A stretch of 61,570 nucleotides of DNA, filler included, from Gonapodya sp. JEL0774 (lineage: Eukaryota): the NCBI GenBank assembly GCA_027604505.1. It is 17 parts of 17 records of this genome, joined end to end, with 100 filler letters (N's around TTAATTAATTAA, not from the genome) between each part and the next. Parts side by side here need not be neighbours in the genome. Positions count along the whole stretch, not along the records: positions 21,866 to 25,403 come from JADIIX010001253.1; positions 25,504 to 29,039 come from JADIIX010001254.1; positions 29,140 to 32,664 come from JADIIX010001255.1; positions 32,765 to 36,288 come from JADIIX010001256.1; 13 more parts are not named here. The stretch is one strand, 5' to 3'. The translations under genes and the position numbers were made by a program. The notes beneath the pieces were generated by a model, which made no database searches, was not told the origin of the DNA, and saw only the letters and a list, made by a program, of their open reading frames with translations. Every line of letters begins with the position of its first letter. Position 1 is the stretch's first letter. This document shows, one piece after another, positions 24,105-36,388 of this stretch.

Positions 24105-24870
24105 CTAAGAACGAACCTTTGCCATGGCCTCACGACCTGCTCGCTGCTGTGCCAGATTGCAGTTAGTGACAATGTAACGTAAGAATGCTGGGCTTCCAGT
24201 TCCCCAGTCTCCAAGATCTGCAATGTAGTTGAGGTCCACACAGAGGTTAATCAAGTACTTGACTCCACCACGCCGCATGGAGTGGGATCCAAATAGTGCA
24301 ACGTCTGGCTCGCCGATAGCCTGTAGAGCGAGACGCATTCTATCAAGAATCTCATCGTATTCCTGTCAACGAACAGACAGGAGGGCAACATGTGGGAAGC
24401 GGGTGGCGGTTCATGCCGCACGAGCACTCACCTGCTCTGTTCCTCTCTGCACTGTGTTCCCATTGATCCGCGGAAATAATGGACCGGATTTAATACCCAC
24501 GCTTCTGAGTTGGTCTAGGTACGTGGATAAGAGAAGTCAGACGCAGAATGCTTGAGGGTTTGTGCCGGAGAGGATCTTGAAGACAGAGGACCTTCCCCAC
24601 ACATTCTTCCGACGCTTGAGGGTTGCACTATAGTAGTTGGTGCCTGGCTTGCGTTCAAACTGATCAATGGTGAGGGCAAGTGCTTCTCGGCAGCGGAGGA
24701 GAAGGGAAAATGCAATGACGATGAAGACCTATAAAGGAAACGGCAGTGAGTTTCAAGGGAGCAGCATAGAGTACATAAAATGACAACTTGCCACGATTTG
24801 CAGAACCTCAAGTGATGGATTCAACCTCAAAAGCTCCACCAGAAGGACCACCACTGGGACTGACGGGGCC
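24105..24870 (-). pseudogene. Tyrosine recombinase (Crypton-like), intron-containing, 5' end interrupted
   Basis: FSLLLRCREAL (catalytic R), LKRRKN, GPLFPRI|intron|, FGSHSMRRGG (HxxR), LGDW and FLRY (catalytic Y). One in-frame TGA near 24539. Confidence 0.85.
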
Positions 24871-25160
24871 TTAACCATGGTATGGTTATGCCAAATAACC
24901 ACAAAAATACCACCCTGTCATAACCATCCTGGGTATTCCCATGGTTATGCCATGGTTAAGTACAATTTTAACCACAGTTTTACCACCCTGGGTATCTGGG
25001 TGGTTATGTCAGCCCATGGTTTTTTTGTTTAACCACTGTTGCACTATGGTTTCCCAACTTAACCACAGTGCCTCCATGGTATTTTGATAAAACCACTCCT
25101 CTTATCTTTTCCCTTAACTACAGTCCTTCCATGTTATTTTTATTTAACCACTTGTGAGAA
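24871..25160. mobile_element. Probable DNA-transposon terminus inserted in the recombinase gene, with clustered subterminal motifs
   Basis: Coding sequence switches abruptly to CpG-free DNA with roughly 18 TAACCA(C/T)/TGGTTA-like motifs in alternating orientation. Confidence 0.55.
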
Positions 25161-25503
25161 TTTTTTTTAGGTGATTTAAATGCAAGGTTCACTTATGAGT
25201 TGGGTTATGGGTAATTGAAGAAAAATTGATATAGCACTCCTTGTAATGTATTAAGAACATTGGCAGTGGTCATGTCAAATTGTTGTTAGAACCAAACATA
25301 GGAGCTGGGTACTCCAAGTCCACTCCAGGAGGAATCGTGATTCCAGGAGTGGTCAGTGGGTATTTCATGCTTGGAAATACATCCACATTTGTGCACACCA
25401 GACNNNNNNNNNNNNNNNNNNNNNNNNNNNNNNNNNNNNNNNNNNNNTTAATTAATTAANNNNNNNNNNNNNNNNNNNNNNNNNNNNNNNNNNNNNNNNN
25501 NNN

Positions 25504-28500
25504 ATCATCTTATTCTTTCTTACAGAAATCAAATAACTTCAACAGGTGGAGTGTACGATGTCACTTCAGGGCAATGGACCACGCCACGTTCTTGGGCAAC
25601 GAACACGAACTGGATCAACGACAACTTAGCTTCCATAGTCTTGCAGTAAGTTTGGAGTCGTTACCTTCACCAATAATGGCTCGTTATATGTGGTTTTGGA
25701 ATTTAGATCTACTGGCCCTACGACCCCCTACACCTCAACAACGACATCCTCAATCCTATTTACTCCCACGACTGCCGCCAGGTGAGAGGACGGTGTGCTG
25801 TGTTAGCGATGCATTTACAGTAACTGGGGCCACCTGATTCGTCAGCGCGACGACCACCTCGAGCGTTCTGGCTACCTACATTCCGATTGGCGCTGTGCAA
25901 GGTGTGGTGACAGACAGCGTTGATGGAGCAACATTTGAGAGCCCGTTGAAGGGTCAGAGGGTGACAGTCAGAGGAATCGTTTTCGAAAAAGTGCTTTCGA
26001 AGACATCAGCAGGTGCAACAAACTACGGTACGTTCGAAGTATTCTTGCGGCAGGCAGAAGACTCACCCAAGCACCACGCTTCAGGCTTTTTCATTCAGGA
26101 CGGGGGCGATGGAAATGACCAAACTTCGGACGGTGTCTTTTGCTATACTGGCACCACCAATCTTGCGGTATCCGTTGGCGACGACGTCATTTTAACCGCA
26201 ACTGTCTCCGAGTACTTCTACTTAACGGAGCTCACCACAATCACCATCAACCAAATAGTTTCCACAAACAACACACTGCCTACTCCGGTGACAGTCTCTC
26301 CGCCCGACGACTTTGTTTCTTCCCGGAGATATTGGGAGCGTCTAGAAGGAATGAGGGTGCAAATGCCGACGGGGTCAATGATTGTAGGTTCCTGTACTGG
26401 TTCTTGTCACCGTGTTCATGCGTTGCGCCAACATTGGACATACTCGTCAGACTGAAGGTCGGAATATTTTCTCGAGCACTGCCGATAGCGAAGTCTGGCT
26501 TATCAGGGAGAACCATCCACTGGCGTTATTGAGTGACCCATACAAGCGTCATGTCTTCCGAGATGCTCATCCTCTTGACTTTAATTATCCAAATGCTGAT
26601 GGAAACGGGATGCGTGAGTGCCTGTTTGTGCTGTTCCATGTCATCGACAGTCTGCTCTAAGACAAGATTCGCGCCGTTCCCTTACACTGTAGGTATCCTC
26701 CTAGGCGGTCTCGGGGTTAAATCGTTCACAAACGATGTGAATGCTCTTCTTGCGGATGTCACTGCACTCGATACACTTTCAGCTCCGGCGATCGGTGGTG
26801 TTTACTTCTCGTTCTCCAAATTCCAGATTCTGGTTGGTTCTTCTATTTGCACCTTGATCAGTCAAGAGTTTGACCTCATTGGGGGTTCCATTAATCATTC
26901 TTCAATCGCCCTTGATTTATCAGCCTGAAACCCAGATCACGGTTGCGCCAGGCCCAGACCCGTCTTCAAATGACGGGCCTACTAGTCCGAACAGACCCTC
27001 TGAGTGGTCGGTGGCTACGTTTAACGTGGAGAATCTCTACGACTTCAGGGATGACCCCTTTGATGGGTGCGATTTCACGGGCAACTCGGGTGGGTACCAC
27101 CTCCACTTCCAAACTTTGATGAGTTCGACTGCTCGAATAAAGTTCCCACTCGGTGCACCTTCTTACGGCAAGGTTGCTCCGGTGTCAGCCCACCATTTGA
27201 CTACGTTCCAGCATCTGCATCTGAATACCAAACCCATCTTGGCAAAATCGCATACCAGATTGGTGCGTGCTGGTGTCTTCGTTTGCTCCGTTATTGAATA
27301 TGTTACAACTTGTCCTGCTGTCACCATAGTGTTCGACTTGAAAGCCCCTGAGATTATTTTGATTGAAGAAGCTGAAGGTACTGCGTTTTGGGGGATGCAG
27401 ATCACGTTCAATTCAACGGACGATTGCGTGTGGTGCTAACCGAATACTAATTATCTGTGCAGACCAGGACATCTGCATCGTTTCCGCTGGGGCCCTTTCC
27501 TGCGGGACGACCAACAACGCCGATGGTAAACCAGATACAATTCAGGAACTTGCCTTGGCCGTTGCAGCCATTGGGGGTCCTATTTATGACACTGCATTTG
27601 ATCGCAACTCTGCGGATGCTCGTGGAATTGTTCCAGGTTCGTAGCTGGACAAATGATCACTCTCGAGTCCTCTCAAGCAAATTTTATATTGCCCATTCTT
27701 TTTGCACGCAGCATTTATGTACCGGACGGATCGTGTAGCTCTTGTCCCCGTCTCGACATGCCACCCAGTGTTTGGTAACTCGCCAACCGTTCAGTACAGC
27801 GGAACGGCGTTAAGCTACAACACGGATGTGTCAAATCCAAAGAGTTTGAATGCGGTTCTTCCTGGTGGAGTAGACGAAAGCACAGGTGTCGATGGTATGC
27901 TATATTCCCAACGAGAAATGGTGCACGGATTAACGGTGGCTCAAACGCGGGCGCATTTTAAGGATCAAATGTCTTCACGAGAGCAGCCTCAGTTGCTCTT
28001 TTTAGGATTGATGGTGTCGAGGACGTTTATGTTGTCGCGAACCACTTTTCATCTGGGCCAACAGGCAGAATCGGACAACGCAAGGAGCAGGCAAATTGTA
28101 CGTAACGTTCGCATTCAAGTGTACAGATGCCACACTTCAGATAATCTCCCAACTGGTACACAGATAATGGAGCTATCGTCCAAGCCATCAGGGCAGCAGA
28201 TCCAAACGCCAAAATTGCCGTTGGAGGGGACTTGAATGTTTATCCTTTCCCTGACGATCCACTAGTGGCAAGGCTCTCAGACGTATCGGAGAGCCAACTG
28301 TATGGCATTTATAGCGCTGGGATGTCTAACCTGTAGGTGGCTGAAGCTCATACCTGACGAAATCGATGCATGCACCAATGCCACCACTCGTTGTTGTGAA
28401 TATAGGTTTGACAAGGTTCTTGCTGAGTCTCCAGCGAATGCATACTCGTACATTTTTGAAGGACAGGTGAATCAAGGAAGTTGGGCTCCTGCTTCTTGCG

Positions 28501-29039
28501 GACCGGACCATTCATGGTACCTACTCCTTTAGTGCCAAGTTCTCGACCAAATTTTCGTATCACCCGCTTTGCTATCTGACTACGTGAAAGCTCGCCATGC
28601 GCATGTAAACAGCGACTTCGCAACAGAGTCAACCGTTGCCAATCGGGGTGCGACTGACCATGACCCGCTGGTGGCAACATTCTCCCTCGTTCCCTTCCAA
28701 GCCGCAAACTGTGGGACGTGAGTTACGAATCATTGCACCCTATTCTGTTTGAGGTATCTCCAAACAACTTATCACCTCGCAATAGCCCGGCTACCACCAG
28801 CAGTCCTCTGGGAACTACCGTGGGTACATTCACAACAACCGTCGAGGTTACAACTGGAACGTCGGCAACTACATCAAGCTCAACAACACCAACGTGAGTC
28901 TACTCGCCACAAGACAGCCTGCGATCAACTTTGATTCCTGTTTGTTCATCTTGACAGTGGTACTCCTGTTACATCGCTGCCCGTTCTTTTGATTTCCGAG
29001 TTTTTGGCGAACCCGGCAGGCAGCGACTCGCCATTTGAA
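25504..29039 (+). CDS. Bacterial-type extracellular nuclease (ExeM/YhcR-like): OB-fold + EEP domain + lamin-tail-like domain; many introns; partial at both ends
   Basis: IGAVQG...SPLKGQRVTVRGIV...GFFIQD..DGNDQTSDGVF, WERLEGMRV, VATFNVENL, NHFSSG, GGDLN, YSYIFEGQ, LDQIF, TDHDP, then LLISEFLANPAGSD. Confidence 0.9.
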
Positions 29040-29139
29040 NNNNNNNNNNNNNNNNNNNNNNNNNNNNNNNNNNNNNNNNNNNNTTAATTAATTAANNNNN
29101 NNNNNNNNNNNNNNNNNNNNNNNNNNNNNNNNNNNNNNN

Positions 29140-30209
29140 CGACACGTCTTAATGCATCAATTGGAACACTGTTCTTCCATCGATCAAGACTACACCACCG
29201 CGGTGTTCACCAACAACACCTCCGCGAACCAGTTGACGCTTCTCACTCTTCTCGTCAACACCGTCATCATCGGCAACTACTCTCCCGCCGCAGACCCGAC
29301 AGTGCTGGTCCCGGGCATCCTCTCCTCCTCGGGCGGCCTCGCAAAGTACTTCACTGGCGCTGAAAAGACCACCAACCGCAACAACGTGCCCACGGCGGTC
29401 AACTTCCTCGACGGTGGAGGCGCGGCCCCGCTTCTCAACAACACGCCCGCCATCGACATGACCAGCAACCAGTACGTTCTGGTGACCCACCTGTACACAG
29501 GGTTCGGTGCGCTTCTTGGCTGCTCGCAGATGGGCAAGGGAGTTTTCGGAAACTATGGTGAGTTGAGGTTGTTGGCAGATTCTCATACAGATGGATGACC
29601 TGTTCTGTTTCAATTACGTGCAACCCGCAGAGGGCGTCACCTCCATGTTCGAAGTGCACAAATTCATGGCATTGAACAAGACGGAAATGGACTTCTTCAT
29701 CACTCAGGTGGGTCTCGTTGTACCGATCCGCCTCTGATCAGCCATTCTCACCGTCTCAACGCTCCCCGGCCATCCCAATCACCTTCCAGGTCGCTCTCGC
29801 GGCCCAATCCTTTGGCGTCGCCACATCTGACATTACTGCCGTCGGAACACTGCTCAACTCTGCCTTCAACCAGCGCTGCATTGCTCCGGCCCCGCTCGTC
29901 CCGGGTCTCAAGGCCGAGCTCCAATCCATCTGCACGGACGCGAGCTGCCCTACTGCGGCAAACGCCACCTGCGACTTGTATGCTGCCGCCCTCGGTACAC
30001 AATCCACCTCCTCGTCCGGATCTGCGACAGGGGCCACCGCTTCGGCCACCAAGAGTCCAGCGTCGTCGACTGCAGCAGCGTCACCCAGTGCTACGAGTGC
30101 CGCTGCATCTCCCACTCCAAAGGCCGGTGGAGCGGTGGGCTTCATGTTGGGCAAGGAAGAGGTGGTGGTGTCGCTCGTACTCGGGTTGGTGGTGATGATG
30201 ATGATATGA
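29140..30209 (+). CDS. Secreted/GPI-type protein with truncated-globin-like domain, paralog 1, 5' partial
   Basis: YTTAVFTNNT...LLVNTVIIGNY...LAKYF...VNFLDGGG...THLYTGFGALLGCS...Y|EGVTSMFEVHKFMALNKTEMDFFITQ|VALAAQSFGV. Ser/Thr/Ala stalk and hydrophobic C-terminus. Confidence 0.75.
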
Positions 30210-31016
30210 TGGGTTGAGGGGAAAGTCAGAAGAGAGCGAGCATCGGGGTGCTTTTTATTGTGATCATGTGTGAATGCGAATTATACTTGACTAGGTGCTA
30301 TTGAAATCAAAATTGGAGTCGATACAGATCAGATAATCGGACCTTCCCAACTAATATTGGAAATGAAACCCGATTCCAAGTTCCCAGTTCGCGATACAAT
30401 CTCACATAATCTCCTCTCTCCTCTAATCTTGGGTGTTCAATGCCAGAAAAGCTGTTTCTTCGCTCCGGGGACAAACATTTCGCAGGTGTTGCTCCAGTCA
30501 TCCCGCAGAACGAAGCAGAAGTACACTTGCACTGTCCAAGCCAGGTGAGACAGCAGCTCGATGCATTGTCTTCAACTCCTTTTTCATCACGTTACGGGTG
30601 AACGTTGGAAGAACTGGATGATTGCCCTTCCGTATGGGGCTGTGTCAGTGGGGCTTGGTCCCTGGACAGGCTTGATCCCTTCGGCTGAACAAGCACCGTC
30701 GTCCGCGGTTCATTCAGCGCTTTCTTGTACAAATTTTCCCCACAAATGGACAAACACAACCATTCCGGCGGCTTATTCCACGAGCTCGCTTCTGTGTGTA
30801 CTGAATGGACCCGCCACTCCATTCTTGCGCCATCGAATTCATCCGTCCTTGTTGTTCATTGATCGGGCTCCTCACGGAGCTCCAAGTAGTGTCACAGCCT
30901 TCATTGGCACAGCATGGAACTTAGATCTTACTTGATTCGCCGGGACCATTAAAACCCTCCTTCACTCTCGCCTGCTCGCATTGCTTCCCGTCCAGGGTTT
31001 GGATTCCACCCGCACG

Positions 31017-32664
31017 ATGAAAATCAACACTATTCCGAAGCTCGCGAGCCTGATCGTCGCGTGCGCGGCCCTGATCGGTGCTCTTCCTGCTCAAGCGCAG
31101 AGACCTGCGAGTCAGAGCGTCTGTGATTGTGAGTTGGGTGGATTCTTGCCGTGACGTGTTGGTCCGCGGGAATGTGAAGTCAGAGTGGATTTTCTCGGTA
31201 CTAACACGGTCATTCACTTTTCTCGAACGCTGTCCACGTTCTCCGCTCTAAAAACGCAGTCTACACCACCGCGATTTTTACAGACAACACTCCCGCGAAC
31301 CAGAAAACCCTTCTCACCTTGCTCGTCAACACAGTCATCATTGGCAACTACTCTCCGGCCGCCAACCCCGCCGTCCACGTACCGGGCATCCTCGCCTCAT
31401 CGGGCGGACTCGCAAAGTACTTCAATGGTGCCGTCAAAACGACCAACCGCAACAATGTGCCCACGGCGGTCAACTTCTTGGACGGTGGTGGCGCCGCCCC
31501 GCTTCTCAACAACACTCCGGCTATCGACATGACGAGCAACCAGTACATTCTTGTGACACATTTATATACCGGATTTGGTGCACTCCTTGGTTGCTCGCAG
31601 CTGGGGAAAGGAGAGTTTGAAAACTACGGTGAGTTATCATAATGTGGGATGCGCAGAACGGTGGATTCGTGCGAGGAGATGAGTCTCTGCAGATTCTAAA
31701 GCTCGATTACATTCTCTTTTCAGAGGGTGTCACTTCTATGTTCGAGGTTCATAAGTTCATGGGGCTGACCAAGGCGGAGATGGACTTTTTCATCACACAG
31801 GTGCGTTTAACACTACCGCATTCCCCAGATCTTGCTCCTGACTTGCAACCTCAATTTTCTACTCGCACGCACAATATTCCTCTAAGGTCGCTCTTGCTGC
31901 TCAATCCTTCGGCGTCGCTGCATCCGACATCACCGCCGTCGGAAGACTTCTCGAATCGGCCTTCAACCAGCGCTGCAGCGCCCCTGCACCTCTTGTCGCT
32001 GGACTCAAACCCGAACTTCAGTCGATCTGTACCGCAGCCGACTGCCCTCTTGCACCCAATGCCAACTGCGAGCTCTACGCACGGTCTCTCGCTCCCACGG
32101 CGACAACTGCGGCGCCTTCTCCCAGTGCTACTGGTGGTGCTTCACCGATATCTCCTCAAAGGCCTGCGAATCAGAGTATTTGCGACTGTGAGTTGGACAA
32201 GATGATTCTGTCCTTCGGTATTCTTCATGTCACGCGATGATGCATACCTTTCTCCAACAAAGACTATACCACTATTACCTTCAAAGAAAACACTCCCCAG
32301 AGTCAAAAGCTACTTCTCACGTTGCTTGTCAACACCGTCATCATCGGAAACTATTCACCAGCCGCCGACCCTACGATCGTCGTCCCTGGCATCCTCTCCT
32401 CCTCGGGCGGTCTCGCCAAGTACTTCAACGGTGCCGTGAAAACCACCAATCGTAACGACGTGCCCACGGCGGTGAATTTCTTGGACGGTGGAGGCGCGAC
32501 CCCGCTTCGCAACAACACTCCGGCGATCGACGTGACGAGCAACCAGTACATCCTTGTGACGCACCTGTACACTGGGTTTGGTGCGCTTTTGGGCTGCTCG
32601 CAATTGGGAAAGGGAGTGTTTGAGAACTACGGTGCGTTTTCTTGCGTTTGAATGGTCAGCGGGT
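31017..32664 (+). CDS. Secreted protein with at least two tandem truncated-globin-like domains, paralog 2, 3' partial
   Basis: Signal peptide MKINTIPKLASLIVACAALIGALPAQA. The domain begins QRPASQSVCD and restarts QRPANQSICD at ~32157, with the same intron positions. Confidence 0.78.
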
Positions 32665-32764
32665 NNNNNNNNNNNNNNNNNNNNNNNNNNNNNNNNNNNN
32701 NNNNNNNNTTAATTAATTAANNNNNNNNNNNNNNNNNNNNNNNNNNNNNNNNNNNNNNNNNNNN

Positions 32765-33644
32765 AGCACAAGCCTCTCAAGTCCACCTCCATCGTTGTCA
32801 AAAGTTCAAACCCTTCTTCTCCAGTTTTGGCATCCAGACTCACCGAGGCTGGTCTCACGTGGATACGGAGTGTGCATGCTGTCAGGGTCCCGAGGGGTGA
32901 GGGGAAACCGTCGGGGATAGTCCAGGATGGATTCTATAGCGGGAGGTCGGCTGGTTGAGAGACAAGTTGGAGATAGAGTTGGAAGGAGAAGTTGCTCACA
33001 AGTGTTTGGTGGACGATTGGGCTGGTGAAGACAGGAACTTCGGAGACCCGGCAATCAACTGAAACGTTAGTACATAGGACGGCGAGATCAATGTGCAAAA
33101 GCTAACCATCACTTCCAGGTTCAGCAACCATAAAAAAAACGTCCAGCAAATCTACAAGTTCCGCGGTATCCTTCCGGACAGCCGCGTCGACTGGCGGTTC
33201 CACGGTTGATCCGTTGTCCGAAGTGGAGGCGAACGAATTACGTCTGTCCATGTCCGGGGGACGGAGTAGAGAGCCATTCAGAACTGTGGATCCGTGTGAG
33301 TTGCTGCTCGTGGTACCATTTGAGCTGCTGCCGGCCTGATTTGCAGTGGATGAAACCTGTGCAGTCAAGGACACGGGCGCCAAGTTTCTCAGCGCGATCG
33401 TCGTCACGTGAGCGAGCCTCAGTCGCAACCTGGACTCAAATCGCGGCCGTGTCGAGTGCGTGTGAGCTCCTCCCCCTCCCCCGTCCGTCGTGAGTGGCAC
33501 TGCCTGCTGGTAGTCATCGACATCTCCACCTCCCGGCGGTCTCAGACTGTTGGTGACCGACAAAGATCGGGATAATTCTTTTTTTCGAGGTGTCAAAGTT
33601 CGCGTAAGTGACGCTGAAGATGCCGGAGGGAGCGTGATGCTCAT
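32765..33644 (-). CDS. UVRAG/Vps38-like protein, N-terminal exons
   Basis: RLRLRLAHVTTIALRNL resembles the UVRAG RLRHL..I..RN motif. It is followed by LDVFF...PVFTSPIVHQT (C2-like). Confidence 0.55.
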
Positions 33645-35932
33645 TCAGGCACATTGGACAATGGGTTGGTGTTGGTGCTATTCCATCCCTTTAGTGCCGG
33701 AGCAGGGTTCTCGATGATCTTGTATACACACGTTCACCTTCTTTGGACTCTCGCAACATACATTTGTTCTGATAAAACGTGCCTCAAGCTTGTTACTTTT
33801 GAGCTGTATGCTATGTCCCTCTTTCAAGACTATGCCTCGTTCCCTCACACCAGTCCGACCACCTGACTTGGCTCCCTGCTCCTGTTCCTAAATTCAGTTT
33901 CAGTCAAGGTCCTAGAAGGAGATGAGTGGTTCATGGGTGTTCAGAGAGTCTCCACCGCATTATTCGCGATGCGGAGAGGAAGAGAAATGTGATACAGATG
34001 ACTGATTGAGTTGTGAAGCATGCCCGAAGGAAGCGTATCCAAAAACTGACGCCGCGTCTGCCGCAGTGCTGCGATATCTGGTTGGCGCCGGCGCTCATCT
34101 TGGATGAGTTACTTCAGGTATGAACGGAAACTTCCCTCAAGACGGAAAAAAAAGGAAGCAGTTCTGGTTCAATCAAGCGTTTCCTGTGCTACGTTCTATT
34201 CACGGTTGCAAACGTAGAGTGCGTTTGAAGCTATGTTGATGAGCACCTCGGATGACTACGGAACCCAGCTAAAGGATCGAATGTTCAGAAGAGAAGAGAT
34301 TTCATTGAGTTTGGATCAAAAATACGCTAAGCAGCATTTGAGCGAAATATTCTTGGTGTATTATTAGCTTTACTGACTGTGGAAAGATTCGTAGCATCAC
34401 ATAAACAAACCCGCGGGCAGCGCCCCATAGTATCATTAAGTAACCCAAAATCAGTAAGAAAAATTGAAAAGCTTCATTTCACAGCCTCATTGCTTCCTTG
34501 CTCGCAGTTGCGACGGCTCCGAAATCCAAGGCGGGTCAGAATGCGCTCCATACCTTGCCTCAATCCTGGCGAGTCCACCCTCCTTTCCTCAGCTCGGCCA
34601 TAATCTGCTTTTTGCCTTCGTGCATAGCGGCGTGGCCAAAGATTTGGTCCGTCTCTTCCAATTACGTGCCCTTGGCTGTTGAAATGAAACGGGAGACTAA
34701 CGCTTGAAACATTCTTCGCCGTTTAGACAAGCGAGAATTTTTCTCGCAAGCTCGTCTGTACCCTTGGAGAGAAGGAAACCCGGTGTCTCGGGAACAAATA
34801 CCTCCGCCAGGAGGAGGAGATTCACACGGGCAATCTGAGAGGGTGAGGCCGACAGCGGTTATACAAATAACGCAAGTTTGGCCCTACAAAGGGGGTTCGC
34901 CTGAAGACCCTCCATATCATGTCGCTTTCCTGATTAGTAACTGTGATCAGAATCGCATTCGCGATCTACGAGAATCCAAAGATTTGCAACACAAATAATC
35001 TCCAAAGTAAAGTCCAAAATAATTGTTGCGGAGGCTCACGTTAGAAACCAAAATGCCTGTGACAATCACGAATTGTCACGGACGTTCCGACTGGTTCCGG
35101 ATGGGTCAATCCACATAGATCAGAATCAGCAGGATCCAAAACGCTTGATACAGATGCTTACATCTTCCACGAATGCTAGTGGGAGCGCATTCAGCGATGT
35201 ACAATTGAACGGCTCCGGTCAAGCACCCTGTTCCATCCCGCCGACGAATGGACCGGCGTGGAACATGGCGAGGTTCTCTCTGCGAGTTTGGTCGACGGCA
35301 TCCACGAGAAAGAAGATACTGGAACCAAGTTTTGCGCTCATGCAAAAGGTTTGAAAACTGTTCATGCCGACTTGCTTTTGCGGAACAGCATCAGGTTAAC
35401 TCTGACTTGCCTTGCTCGTAGTATCCAAACAAGAAACCAGCTTTCGCACATGTGAGGGCGACACCAATGGCGTAGCCGTACTTGGTCATGGACACTCTGG
35501 GTCCAGTGGAAAGAGGGCGACGGAGAGATGATAGAAAGGAACCTGTCACCTTGAGTTGCGGCAAATAAAAAAATCAAAACATTCATACAAAAATCCGTCT
35601 CCCATCACCTGCCGGGTGCGACAACTCTCCATGTTATACCTGAAACACTGACTCAACCTTCGGAACTACCATGTAAATCAAGAGTGGATCGTATGAGTTA
35701 AAATCGATGAACCCCACAGGTAGAGTGCCTTTTCGCTGCGTCCGCGCGGTTGTGTATGCGAACATCCGTGAAGTTCGGTGACTTCTGTAACAAAATCAGT
35801 CCACAGGCGATAAATGCATTTGCCATGATACCTGCTATCGCTACGTTTTCATGTGAAGATTTTTGCGTAGGCGGGCAGAGCCACCCAAATGCGAAGTCCA
35901 AATTTCCAAGCATCCCCCAAACATCTCGAAGA

Positions 35933-36288
35933 ATGCCTAAAGCAGCTGCGAAACCGCGTCAAACGAGCATTCCATTTGCCAGCAAAAAGGGACCTCACTC
36001 TGCAGGAGCCCAGGCGAAGAGACTCAAGTCCGTTGAGCCTGGAGAGACTGTGCCAGTTATCCGACCTTCGATCCGACCAACCACACCCAAAGGTTTGTCA
36101 ATCGTTCAGTCTGTCATCTTACTATCATCTCACTCATATACTTTCTTATTACTGGACTTGCCAGTTGAACCCCTCGAGCAGCGATCGTTGGAATCCCCTT
36201 TCGCAGTAGATGCCGAGGTGGCCAATCTGCTGAACGAGCCGAGCAGGCTCGACTCGTTCCTTCGGGAATGGGACATGAACTCTAAATT
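35933..36288 (+). CDS. POLD4: DNA polymerase delta small subunit 4 (POLD4/Cdm1), 3' partial
   Basis: N-terminal PIP-like RQTSIPF, and FLREWDMNSK(F) matching LR.FDL...YGPC. Confidence 0.7.
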
Positions 36289-36388
36289 NNNNNNNNNNNN
36301 NNNNNNNNNNNNNNNNNNNNNNNNNNNNNNNNTTAATTAATTAANNNNNNNNNNNNNNNNNNNNNNNNNNNNNNNNNNNNNNNNNNNN

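Noticed and set aside
33900..35600. Coding-like fragments between the UVRAG-like and POLD4 genes
   Set aside because: Short, stop-interrupted and without an identifiable family.
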